Below are positions 19,368 to 26,796 of a stretch of 32,000 nt of DNA, piece after piece. Position numbers and translations under genes: made by a program. The notes below the pieces were generated by a model. That model saw only the letters and a program-made list of their open reading frames with translations. It ran no database searches and was not told the DNA's origin. The DNA is taken from NCBI GenBank assembly GCA_048938105.1, contig JBHLMN010000014.1, positions 111,839 to 143,838 on the forward strand. Reading direction: 5' to 3'. Position 1 is the stretch's first letter. Each line of letters starts with the position of its first letter. This DNA comes from Promethearchaeota archaeon (GTDB lineage Archaea; Asgardarchaeota; Heimdallarchaeia; Hodarchaeales; Hodarchaeaceae).

Positions 19368-19673
19368 CCGTTCTGGGTGGAACTGAATCTTTTACGATAT
19401 GATAAGTAATCTAAATAATTGTACTCCTTGGCTTGATAAATTAGTAGTACTATTACCTGTAAAATCTTGAGCTTCAACTTAAAAATACATTCAATCTCTA
19501 AGACAAAAAAATTTGGGGATAACTTCTTTTTGGTCTACAAACTCGTTTTCATATTAACATATGAATTTCACACTTAGATTTTCTCAAACCAAGCTTCAAA
19601 AAGTTAATATTTGAATATTAACACAGGAATTGTTAAATCACCTAATCCATTATTAGGTGGAGAGTACTTTATT

Positions 19674-20630
19674 ATGGGAATGACTTCTGATTTCGACATG
19701 ATAATAGTCGGTGGTGGGCCAGGAGGTATGGCTGCTGCTATTTATGGTTCACGCATGGGTTGGAAGACATTAGTACTAGAAAAGGAGGCAATAGGAGGTT
19801 TAGCAGCGAAAACTCCCACGATTGAAAACTACCCTGGTTTTTCTGAGATTAGTGGTATGGATTTTTCAGACAGACTACGAAAACAAGCGGAAAAGTATGG
19901 AGCAGAGATTCGAGAGTTAGTCGAAGTGACAGATATTAAGGCTGATCAAGTTCCCATAGAAGTAATAACTGCAACTGGTAGTTTCAGGTCAAAAGTAGTC
20001 ATTTTGGCCACTGGTACGTATCATCGCCATTTGAATATTCCAGGAGAAAAGGAGTTAGATGCAAAAGGAGTCTCCTATTGCGCAACCTGTGATGGCCCAT
20101 TATATAAATCTAAAAAAGTGGCAGTTGTTGGAGGCGGAAACTCTGCAGTCACAGAAGCTTTGTATCTTGATAATGTAGTTCGGGAGGTATATTTAATCCA
20201 TCGTCGCGATCGGTTACGTGCCGAGGAATCACTTCAGAATGAAATTCTCAACAATTCTAATGTAAATATAATTTGGGACACCATTGTTCAAGAGATTCAT
20301 GGGAGTGAAGCTGGTGGAGTCAAGAAAGTGACCCTACTGAATAAGAAGACTGGAGAAGAAAGCTCTCTTCGTGTTAAAGCTGTTTTCATTGCCATTGGTA
20401 TCATTCCCAATAACGAATTAGCAAAGAAAATCGGGATTGAGTTAACGGAAGAAGGTTTAATCAAAGTTGATGAGAAACAGCGTACAAATATTCCTCGAAT
20501 TTATGCTTGTGGTGATATTACTCCTGGTCAAGGGCAGATTTCCGTTGCTGTTGGTGAGGGTACGACTGCAGCAATATCTGCTTTCCTTGATATGAAAGGT
20601 GGGGATTGGTATGGGGAAGAAACTCTTTAA
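19674..20630 (+). CDS. trxB: thioredoxin-disulfide reductase
   Basis: The FAD motif is DMIIVGGGPGGMAAAIY, the redox centre is CATCDG, the NAD(P)H motif is VAVVGGGNSAVTEA, and the C-terminal motif is ACGDIT. I prefer the ATG at 19674, preceded by GGTGGAG, over the TTG at 19611 in the ORF track. Confidence 0.9.
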   Translation: MGMTSDFDMIIVGGGPGGMAAAIYGSRMGWKTLVLEKEAIGGLAAKTPTIENYPGFSEISGMDFSDRLRKQAEKYGAEIRELVEVTDIKADQVPIEVITATGSFRSKVVILATGTYHRHLNIPGEKELDAKGVSYCATCDGPLYKSKKVAVVGGGNSAVTEALYLDNVVREVYLIHRRDRLRAEESLQNEILNNSNVNIIWDTIVQEIHGSEAGGVKKVTLLNKKTGEESSLRVKAVFIAIGIIPNNELAKKIGIELTEEGLIKVDEKQRTNIPRIYACGDITPGQGQISVAVGEGTTAAISAFLDMKGGDWYGEETL

Positions 20631-20645
20631 TGGCAGAGAACTCTC

Positions 20646-21158
20646 TTGAATCTCAAAGAATCTTCTACTTCGGTTGCTCTTGATAAAGTATCTGCTCATT
20701 TTAGTGCCTCCCATGCACTAATTTCTGATGATTACGAAGAAGGATTTCATGGACATAATTATCAGGTTGAGGTAGAAGTTGAGGGGGAAATAGATGAGAA
20801 TAACATGATAATTGACTTTGTTTTTCTAGAGAATCTCATTTGCAGAATCGTTTCATCCTGGGATCATTATGTTCTGCTTCCATCAAATAATAGGTACATA
20901 GAATTCAAAGAAAACAACCATAATATGGAAATTATGTATGGAGATCGTTACTATTCTATTCCCAAAACAGAAATTAAAATGTTAGATTGCACTAACGTTA
21001 CCACAGAAGCGTTAGCTAGATTATTAGGAGGGAAAATCCGCGATCATTTGAAGAAAGAGGTTTTTTGGAAAAGAATCGAGGCTATTAAAGTTACAATATG
21101 GGAAACATCCCGTTATCGCGCAAGTTATACTATTAAAACCAATTTCTCAGAATATTAA
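20646..21158 (+). CDS. 6-pyruvoyl-tetrahydropterin synthase / QueD-family (COG0720) enzyme, Glu-type active site
   Basis: The Zn-binding His triad is FSASH...HGHNY. This is followed by QVEVEVEGEIDENNMIIDF, typical of the PTPS/QueD fold. Glu (E31) occupies the position 4 residues before HGH where QueD/PTPS-I carry the catalytic Cys. The start is TTG. Confidence 0.8.
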   Translation: MNLKESSTSVALDKVSAHFSASHALISDDYEEGFHGHNYQVEVEVEGEIDENNMIIDFVFLENLICRIVSSWDHYVLLPSNNRYIEFKENNHNMEIMYGDRYYSIPKTEIKMLDCTNVTTEALARLLGGKIRDHLKKEVFWKRIEAIKVTIWETSRYRASYTIKTNFSEY

Positions 21159-21945
21159 CAATATTAGTTTTTGGAAATCCTGAAATTTGTTGCCCTTGGC
21201 AAGTTAAATTGTAACGTAGTCCATTATGTTGAGAATAATAAGTGTCTATTAAGTTTAGAGCGATTCGGAATTTTTCAAGTTTTTTTCTTTGTGTTTTCTT
21301 GATTGGGGAGTTTAATGTGCTATATTCCCCGATTTGTGTTCCAAAATCAAAACCAATTAATCCAATTAAAGGGGATTGAAAATGAATTGCCATAAAAATC
21401 GCACGATCACCATCAGTAAACCCACCAAAATTAAAAAGGACTTGCCCTGGATTACACTGAGTAGTTCCCCAAACATCATTCTTGGTAATTAAATCATTAT
21501 TTTCGTCAAAAAACCAAGAAATACATTGTTGATTATCACCATGGGCATGAATTAATGTCAAAGCACCTTTTTCTATGGCCCAACTAATTGCATTTAAATC
21601 CCCATCAAGATCGGTGACTACTATGGATGGAATAACATTCCTTTGATTGAATAATGTTGTTGCACCATCAACAGCAATCGTATGAAAATTTTTAGTTGTT
21701 TTATTTGAATAAGGGCCCAAGAAAATAGCTGAAAAATCCTTTTTTAAGGAGGGGCCAGCTCCTGCAATAATCACAGGTTTTTGATGAATTATTTTCAATT
21801 TTTGAAGGATTTTATCTTTTTTAGCGAGATTTAACTCTTTTAAATATGTTTCTAGTAATTTCGCTGATTGTTCATCGGCCTCTGTATCGAAACCTAACTG
21901 TCCAATTATCTGATAATAGCTTTTCTTCCATTCTAGCCAATTCAT
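21133..21945 (-). CDS. mptE: MptE-like 6-hydroxymethyl-7,8-dihydropterin pyrophosphokinase (archaeal HPPK, DUF115)
   Basis: The motifs PVIIAGAGPSL, VVTDLDGD and LIHAHGDN are characteristic of the MptE/DUF115 family. It overlaps the PTPS gene convergently by 26 nt. Confidence 0.75.
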   Translation of the reverse strand: MNWLEWKKSYYQIIGQLGFDTEADEQSAKLLETYLKELNLAKKDKILQKLKIIHQKPVIIAGAGPSLKKDFSAIFLGPYSNKTTKNFHTIAVDGATTLFNQRNVIPSIVVTDLDGDLNAISWAIEKGALTLIHAHGDNQQCISWFFDENNDLITKNDVWGTTQCNPGQVLFNFGGFTDGDRAIFMAIHFQSPLIGLIGFDFGTQIGEYSTLNSPIKKTQRKKLEKFRIALNLIDTYYSQHNGLRYNLTCQGQQISGFPKTNIVNILRNWF

Positions 21946-21970
21946 TCTAAAAATCTCTGGTTAACGGTGA

Positions 21971-21979
21971 ATATTTAAA
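21971..21979 (+). promoter_or_regulatory. TATA box candidate for the 5S rRNA precursor (may also serve divergent mptE)
   Basis: ATATTTAAA is preceded by purine-rich GGTGA. The expected transcription start is ~25 nt downstream, near 22000, which would give a ~60-nt leader. Confidence 0.4.
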
Positions 21980-22029
21980 GACTCTTGAATGCGCTCCTTT
22001 TGGTTTGTAGCTGCGACTATAACCATTTT

Positions 22030-22204
22030 GCGCCAATAACCTGCGAGACTCTGCCGGAAGTTAAGTTAGGTTCCGTTTCGATCTGTACTGTTGTGCGCGA
22101 GCCAACGGGAACATTGGAAAGCTGAGTATTGCTCGGTCAAAGGGCCTGAGTTACACCCGGTCTCATTCCGAACCCGGAAACAGAGTTTCCTTATCATTAG
22201 GCGC
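22030..22204 (+). other. processing stem with bulge-helix-bulge-like motif flanking the permuted 5S
   Basis: GCGCC (22030-34) pairs with GGCGC (22200-04), and AAT (22035-37) pairs with ATT (22196-98). GAGACTCTG (22045-53) pairs with CAGAGTTTC (22181-89), giving 9 bp with one G-T. The central 4-bp helix is CCGG (22054-57) with CCGG (22174-77). It is flanked by bulge AAA (22178-80) on one strand and AA(G) (22058-60) on the other. Confidence 0.65.
22060..22179 (+). rRNA. rrf: 5S rRNA, circularly permuted gene order (3' two-thirds encoded before the 5' third)
   Basis: 22060-22130 carries GTTAAG, then the helix II 3' strand TTAGG-TT-CC, then TTTCGAT, CTGTACT, GTTG-T-GC, the GCGA tetraloop, GC-CAAC, GGGAAC, ATTGGAAA and GCTGAG. 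This matches the archaeal 5S 3' domain (compare GTACTGGAGTGCGCGAGCCTCTGGGAA in haloarchaea). A TATTG loop follows. 22132-22179 carries CTCGGT (helix I 5' strand), CAAAG, GG-CCTGA (helix II 5' strand) and the conserved ACACCCGGTCTCATTCCGAACCCGGAA. The total is 120 nt. Confidence 0.8.
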
Positions 22205-22212
22205 TATTTCCA

Positions 22213-22219
22213 TTTTTTT
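22213..22219 (+). terminator. oligo-T terminator of the 5S precursor
   Basis: A T7 tract lies 9 nt after the end of the processing stem. Confidence 0.5.
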
Positions 22220-22471
22220 CTTGTATGTTTCCATCAGAATGTGATTTTATCATTATCAATTCTCTCCTTTCACACCTTGATTTCAGTACATGAAATCATT
22301 AATGTTTTATTGTTAGTAGAAAAGAAGTACTTTTGATCCTCAACACAACAATTGGTATTTCAATATTGCCTTCAGCTCTTGTAGCGATAACAGAAAGGTA
22401 TTTATTCCCTAAATCTTACGAAGTTGGCTATACATATTTTGTGTGGGTTTATACCTACATGGAGGTATTGA

Positions 22472-23383
22472 ATGGTATTCTCATCGATCGCTCAAAGTTA
22501 TTTCGATGAATTTCCATTTCGACATCGAGCTCGTCGGAAACCATCTTCAGGATATTTTTTCCTGTCCCACGCTCACTCTGACCATACATCTGGTCTTAAA
22601 TCGAGTTTAACTGATCCTGATGCTATGATAGTTTGTTCTAAGGAGACAGAAGCAGTTATAAGGGTACTTTATGGTATTCCCCAAGAAAAATGTCTTATTA
22701 TAAACCCCAATCAATCCTTGGACTTCGATCATTTTATTGTTCACGCTTTGGATGCCAATCATTGTTTGGGTAGTATAATTTATGTAATTGAATCAAAAGA
22801 AGGATTGAAAGAGGTATATACAGGTGATTTTAGATTAGGATCCCCCATTTTCGATGAACTTAGTTTGATTAAAGGAGCTAATCATCTCTGGGTTGACTAT
22901 ACTTATGGGAAAGACCCGATTTTTAAATTTCCAACAAGAGAAGAATTAATTTCACAAATTATCTCTTTAATCTTATCAGAAGAGAATTATCCTTCAAGAG
23001 ATGTATGGATTGCTGCATATCAAATCGGTAAAGAACTTCTCCTTAAGACAATTAGCGAAGCGTTGAAAATAAAAATTTGGGCTTCAGATCAGAAAGTCTC
23101 AATCTACAAGGAAATTGGAGGAGAATGGGATATTTTCACTAATGATACAGATTCGAGAGTGTTTGTTGGAAGTCGTCGAATGGTAGAGGGATTATATGGA
23201 ATTAAAAAACAATATCAAACAAAAATGTCAGATGCTTTACGAATCTCACCTACCGGTTGGTCAGCACGCTTACAAAAAAAACACTTAGACGTGCATTTTT
23301 TCCCTTACTCTGATCATTGTTCATATTCAGAGGTTCATAAATTCATTGAGTTAGCCACAGCAGAAAGAATCACAAAAATCTGA
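22472..23383 (+). CDS. SNM1/PSO2/Artemis-family (DRMBL) metallo-beta-lactamase/beta-CASP DNA nuclease
   Basis: A GGAGGT site precedes the ATG. The motifs FFLSHAHSDHTSGL (HxHxDH), LDANHCLGS, YTGDFR, LWVDYTYG, SPTGWS and FPYSDHCSYSEV each parallel the SNM1A/Artemis motifs as I recall them: THFHSDHYAGL, DANHCPGA, HTGDFR, LDTTYC, PTGWT and PYSEHSSY. Confidence 0.85.
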   Translation: MVFSSIAQSYFDEFPFRHRARRKPSSGYFFLSHAHSDHTSGLKSSLTDPDAMIVCSKETEAVIRVLYGIPQEKCLIINPNQSLDFDHFIVHALDANHCLGSIIYVIESKEGLKEVYTGDFRLGSPIFDELSLIKGANHLWVDYTYGKDPIFKFPTREELISQIISLILSEENYPSRDVWIAAYQIGKELLLKTISEALKIKIWASDQKVSIYKEIGGEWDIFTNDTDSRVFVGSRRMVEGLYGIKKQYQTKMSDALRISPTGWSARLQKKHLDVHFFPYSDHCSYSEVHKFIELATAERITKI

Positions 23384-23444
23384 GGACTCAGAAAAAAGGC
23401 ATAAAGGTAATTTAAAATTCTCCCAAATTAATTATTAAATATGA

Positions 23445-25658
23445 ATGGAACCTACATTGAGTGTAATAAATCTTCGAGACATACGCGGAATCGGCCCATC
23501 AGTTGAAGAAAAACTGAAAACATATTTTGGGAGCGAAATGGCTGCTCTTACGGCATTACGTGAATCTAGGATAGCAGAAATATCCTCTATTGAGGGAATT
23601 GGGGAAAGGTTTGCCTTGAGTCTGTGCCGTAACCTGCATTTTCAGGAAACTGGAGAACAAATACAGAATTTTCTTAAAACAGAAGATGCTGTTTTGCTTT
23701 ACAATCGAACAACAGATATAATTTCAAAATTTGCAAATACTATTTATTCTAGATCAAAATTATTTCTATTTTTTCCATTACCAATTTCAGCTTTGGAAAA
23801 AATCAGGAAAAGGCAAGAAATTACTCAACGCGCACAAAAATTGGTCACTTTAATAAAAAAATCTCCTTATTCTTTCAAAGATTACAATAGATTACTCAGA
23901 AATCTCTCTCCTCTTAAAGATCAAGTTAACCAGCTAGATACAGCGTCACGAATTATTGCGACTCCTGATAGGCAGATTTATGAAGAGCTAATAACCAATG
24001 AAGTTGGATATCATTGTGAAATCCTCTTGATTGAGGAATCTGAACAGGTTTCAGAAATCATTTCAGGTTATGATGAAGTTATTTGGATTGGTTCGGATAT
24101 TTTAGTTGAAGAAGGGTTGTCTAACACAATTACAATTTCCGAGAGTCAACGTAATGATCTAATTCAGATAATCCCAGAAAAAATGCTTAGCTTCTTCGCA
24201 CGTAATAAGAAAGCCCTTGAGTCAATTTCTGGATTATCTCAATTACTTAAGTCAATCCCTCCTGTGGAGCTAAAAACGATTCTTGGGGAGATAAACCTTG
24301 AAATGCTTATACAAATGGGCAATGAGCTTGTAAATTTAGATGAATCAGGTGAACCAACCCAAAAGTTTAACGAGGAATATTCACGTCTTTTAATGGCAGA
24401 GCAAACCTTTGAAAATAAATTAAGTGAAGTTTTACTTGGATTAAATGAAGAACTGGAGCAGAAGCTTCAGGATACAACTGTTCACTTAGAAGGAGAAAAG
24501 ATTCTTGCCCTTCTCAAAGGGATGACCGAAGAGGATCATAGATATTCAGGAGATAGCGGAAAAGCAGAATTACGTGAATATTTAGATGATGAATTATATT
24601 TGGCAATTGAAGAAATAATCACTAAAGCAGAAGAAAAACTCATTAAAGAATTAGATTTAAGAAGCGATGAAACTGACTATATTGTTGGTATTTTTCCTAG
24701 AGAATTGAGATATCCCGTTGACCCTGTTGATGATGTTGTCAATAGGATTAAAACTTATCTACGGCAAAGAAGAGCAATAAAATCTTTTGAATTGAAGGTT
24801 ACATTAGCTAAATCTCTCAAACAATTTGAGGATGTAGCTAAAACGGCTTTAAATTACATGTTGGAATTGGATTACCATTTAATGATTGGGAGGTTTGCCC
24901 TTTCTTATAAATTGGCCTTACCACGGCTTGTAGAAGGACACGGTACAGGATTATTAGTAGAAGAAGGTCGAAATCTGTTTCTAATTCAACAAGAAAAGCG
25001 AGGAGTTTTGAATGTGGAACCTGTATCTTATGCAGTGGGAGAAATTGGAAAGATTGCTGGTAATGTCGATGGTGAAAGAATTATTCTTCTATCAGGAGCT
25101 AATAGTGGAGGAAAAACGACATTAATTGTATCAATTGCAGTAATGGTGATTCTTGGACAAATGGGCCTTCCCATTCCATGTAAAAAAGCAATCATAGGAG
25201 GTTTCAAGGAATTACACTATTATCGTAAGGCCTCTGGACAGATGGATGCTGGTGCGTTTGAAACTACACTCCAGACATTGTCTCAAATGATTATGAGTCC
25301 TAATTCGAGATTGGTGTTAGCTGACGAAATGGAAAGTATGTCAGAACCAGGTGCGTCAGCTCGGGTAATTGCAGCATTTTTAGATCTATTAGGCCGTTCC
25401 CCTGACTCTGTAGGAGTATTTGTGACTCATCTAGCACAATTGATAGCCAAATATAGTAAAGAAAAATTACGAATTGATGGAATTGAAGCACAAGGGCTTT
25501 CATCAGATTTAGAGTTAATTGTGAACAGAACTCCGATTTATTATAAATATGCAAAATCAACTCCAGAATTAATTGTTCGCAGATTACAACAAGTTTCAAA
25601 AGGCAAGGAAAAGGAGATATATTCCTACATTTTAGAGGCTTTTGATTATCAAGAATGA
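23445..25658 (+). CDS. MutS-family ATPase (domain V) with N-terminal helix-hairpin-helix motifs and long helical middle region; no Smr or mismatch-binding domain seen
   Basis: The HhH-like motifs are IRGIGPSVEEKL and IEGIGERFALSL. The MutS-type Walker A is LLSGANSGGKTTLIVSIAVMVILGQMGLPIPC, the Walker B is LVLADEMESMSEPG, and VFVTHLAQL corresponds to MutS THxxEL. It lies 61 nt downstream of the SNM1-like gene on the same strand. Confidence 0.8.
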   Translation: MEPTLSVINLRDIRGIGPSVEEKLKTYFGSEMAALTALRESRIAEISSIEGIGERFALSLCRNLHFQETGEQIQNFLKTEDAVLLYNRTTDIISKFANTIYSRSKLFLFFPLPISALEKIRKRQEITQRAQKLVTLIKKSPYSFKDYNRLLRNLSPLKDQVNQLDTASRIIATPDRQIYEELITNEVGYHCEILLIEESEQVSEIISGYDEVIWIGSDILVEEGLSNTITISESQRNDLIQIIPEKMLSFFARNKKALESISGLSQLLKSIPPVELKTILGEINLEMLIQMGNELVNLDESGEPTQKFNEEYSRLLMAEQTFENKLSEVLLGLNEELEQKLQDTTVHLEGEKILALLKGMTEEDHRYSGDSGKAELREYLDDELYLAIEEIITKAEEKLIKELDLRSDETDYIVGIFPRELRYPVDPVDDVVNRIKTYLRQRRAIKSFELKVTLAKSLKQFEDVAKTALNYMLELDYHLMIGRFALSYKLALPRLVEGHGTGLLVEEGRNLFLIQQEKRGVLNVEPVSYAVGEIGKIAGNVDGERIILLSGANSGGKTTLIVSIAVMVILGQMGLPIPCKKAIIGGFKELHYYRKASGQMDAGAFETTLQTLSQMIMSPNSRLVLADEMESMSEPGASARVIAAFLDLLGRSPDSVGVFVTHLAQLIAKYSKEKLRIDGIEAQGLSSDLELIVNRTPIYYKYAKSTPELIVRRLQQVSKGKEKEIYSYILEAFDYQE

Positions 25659-25682
25659 TCTTTATATTACAAACAATGCTAG

Positions 25683-25756
25683 TGGGCCGGGACGGATTTG
25701 AACCATCGATTTGCTCCGTGTGAGGGAGCCGTCATACCGAGCTAGACCACCGGCCC
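25683..25756 (-). tRNA. tRNA-Val (anticodon CAC)
   Basis: The reverse complement reads GGGCCGG TG GTCT AGCTCGGTAT GAC G GCTCC CTCACAC GGAGC AAATC GATGG TTCAAAT CCGTC CCGGCCC A. The acceptor, anticodon and T stems pair fully, T33 and A37 are present, and the T-loop is TTCAAAT. CCA is not encoded. Confidence 0.9.
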
Positions 25757-25773
25757 ATTACGTTTTTATGTTT

Positions 25774-25783
25774 AATTTTAAAT
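25774..25783 (-). promoter_or_regulatory. TATA box candidate for tRNA-Val
   Basis: On the minus strand, ATTTAAAATT is centred about 23 nt upstream of the mature tRNA 5' end. Confidence 0.35.
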
Positions 25784-25864
25784 GAATTTGTAGTGTTGTC
25801 TGATTTTGTTAAAATTGATAAAAAAATTGTGTCAAATTCTTCATTAAGAGGTTATTTTAGATAA

Positions 25865-26575
25865 TTATTTTAGCGGTTCCACTTTAAGGATGAGTTGATT
25901 TTTAGCGATTCCAACGACTTTAACTGCCTCATTCTCATTAATTGGTCTATCAGATTGAGCTTTCCAAATGGTACTCCCTAACTTCACCCGTCCCTCCTGA
26001 GTGGGACTGATTACTGAAATTGTCATTCCATTCATACCAATCAAGTGCGTACGTTCCCCTGCTACAGGAATTCTCTGTTGTGATCCCCGAACCCTTAACC
26101 AGATAACCATAATTAAGATACCTAATAACCCAATACTATAAGCCAATCCACGAATTGCATCATTCCATAGTACCAAACCGCCTGCGACTCCCAGAATCCC
26201 TATACCAAGAACAATAGGCAAAAAAGGTACAATAAAACTCAGATCACCCCCTTGTGTACTAAAAAAAGCAATTATGATGATTAATACAAGTATAATTAAG
26301 GGCCAAGTGAATAGTTGTGTTTCTTCGGATTGTGATACAAAATCACTACTTAATGTTAAGACAATGGCTAGAATCATTATTATAGGAAGCCAATTAAGCA
26401 GCTCAACAACCCCTCCACTAATCAGCCATTGTACAAATACAATTATGATAGAACCTAGAAAGATGAAAAATCCAATGTTATAAATAAATGGTTGGTCCAA
26501 TAAAGATCCAAGAAACATTAAAAAAATCCCTATTGGGATTCCTGAAATCGGAACTTGCTGAGGATCGACAGTCAT
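25865..26575 (-). CDS. NfeD-family membrane protein
   Basis: There are several N-terminal TM helices. The C-terminal OB-like NfeD signature is GMTISVISPTQEGRVKLGSTIWKAQSDRPINENEAVKVVGIAKNQLILKVEPL. No stomatin/SPFH partner is adjacent. Confidence 0.7.
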   Translation of the reverse strand: MTVDPQQVPISGIPIGIFLMFLGSLLDQPFIYNIGFFIFLGSIIIVFVQWLISGGVVELLNWLPIIMILAIVLTLSSDFVSQSEETQLFTWPLIILVLIIIIAFFSTQGGDLSFIVPFLPIVLGIGILGVAGGLVLWNDAIRGLAYSIGLLGILIMVIWLRVRGSQQRIPVAGERTHLIGMNGMTISVISPTQEGRVKLGSTIWKAQSDRPINENEAVKVVGIAKNQLILKVEPLK

Positions 26576-26796
26576 TTTCGCTCGTTTTACTCAGTATGAC
26601 ATGTTCCTTTTTAGACTTTTCCTTAGAAGAACAGTTTTTCCATTATTATTCGTTGAATTGTTAAATATTATGGAGTTTTATCTTTGAATTCTTTTTTCAT
26701 AACTTACTGGTATCTGAAGGTAAAACACAAAATTTCTTTCCCAGAAGGAAACTTGATGTTGTACAGCAAAAAATATCTCTGGAGATCAAGCGAAAT

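Noticed and set aside
22060-22179. Alternative reading of the 5S locus as a dead remnant of a tandem 5S duplication, or as a normal 5S with a degenerate 5' half upstream
   Set aside because: The sequence upstream of 22054 has no CCGG partner for helix III, no conserved loop C, and only a 5-nt match to the helix II strand. By contrast, the block is exactly 5S-sized, every helix can be paired, and the flanks form a symmetric BHB-like motif whose predicted cuts restore CCCGGAA-GTTAAG. Duplication followed by truncation is probably how the permutation arose, but the locus looks functional. Experimental confirmation is still needed.
22278-22298. Perfect 8-bp palindrome TGATTTCA-gtaca-TGAAATCA between the 5S locus and the SNM1-like gene
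   Set aside because: It is short and AT-rich, it is a single occurrence, and it lies ~175 nt upstream of the next start with no recognisable partner motif. I cannot distinguish it from chance.
22091-22336. 81-aa ORF in the supplied track (MCASQREHWKAEY...)
   Set aside because: It lies entirely over the 5S rRNA sequence and its oligo-T terminator. The open frame is a by-product of the structured RNA gene and of T-rich sequence read as Phe/Leu.
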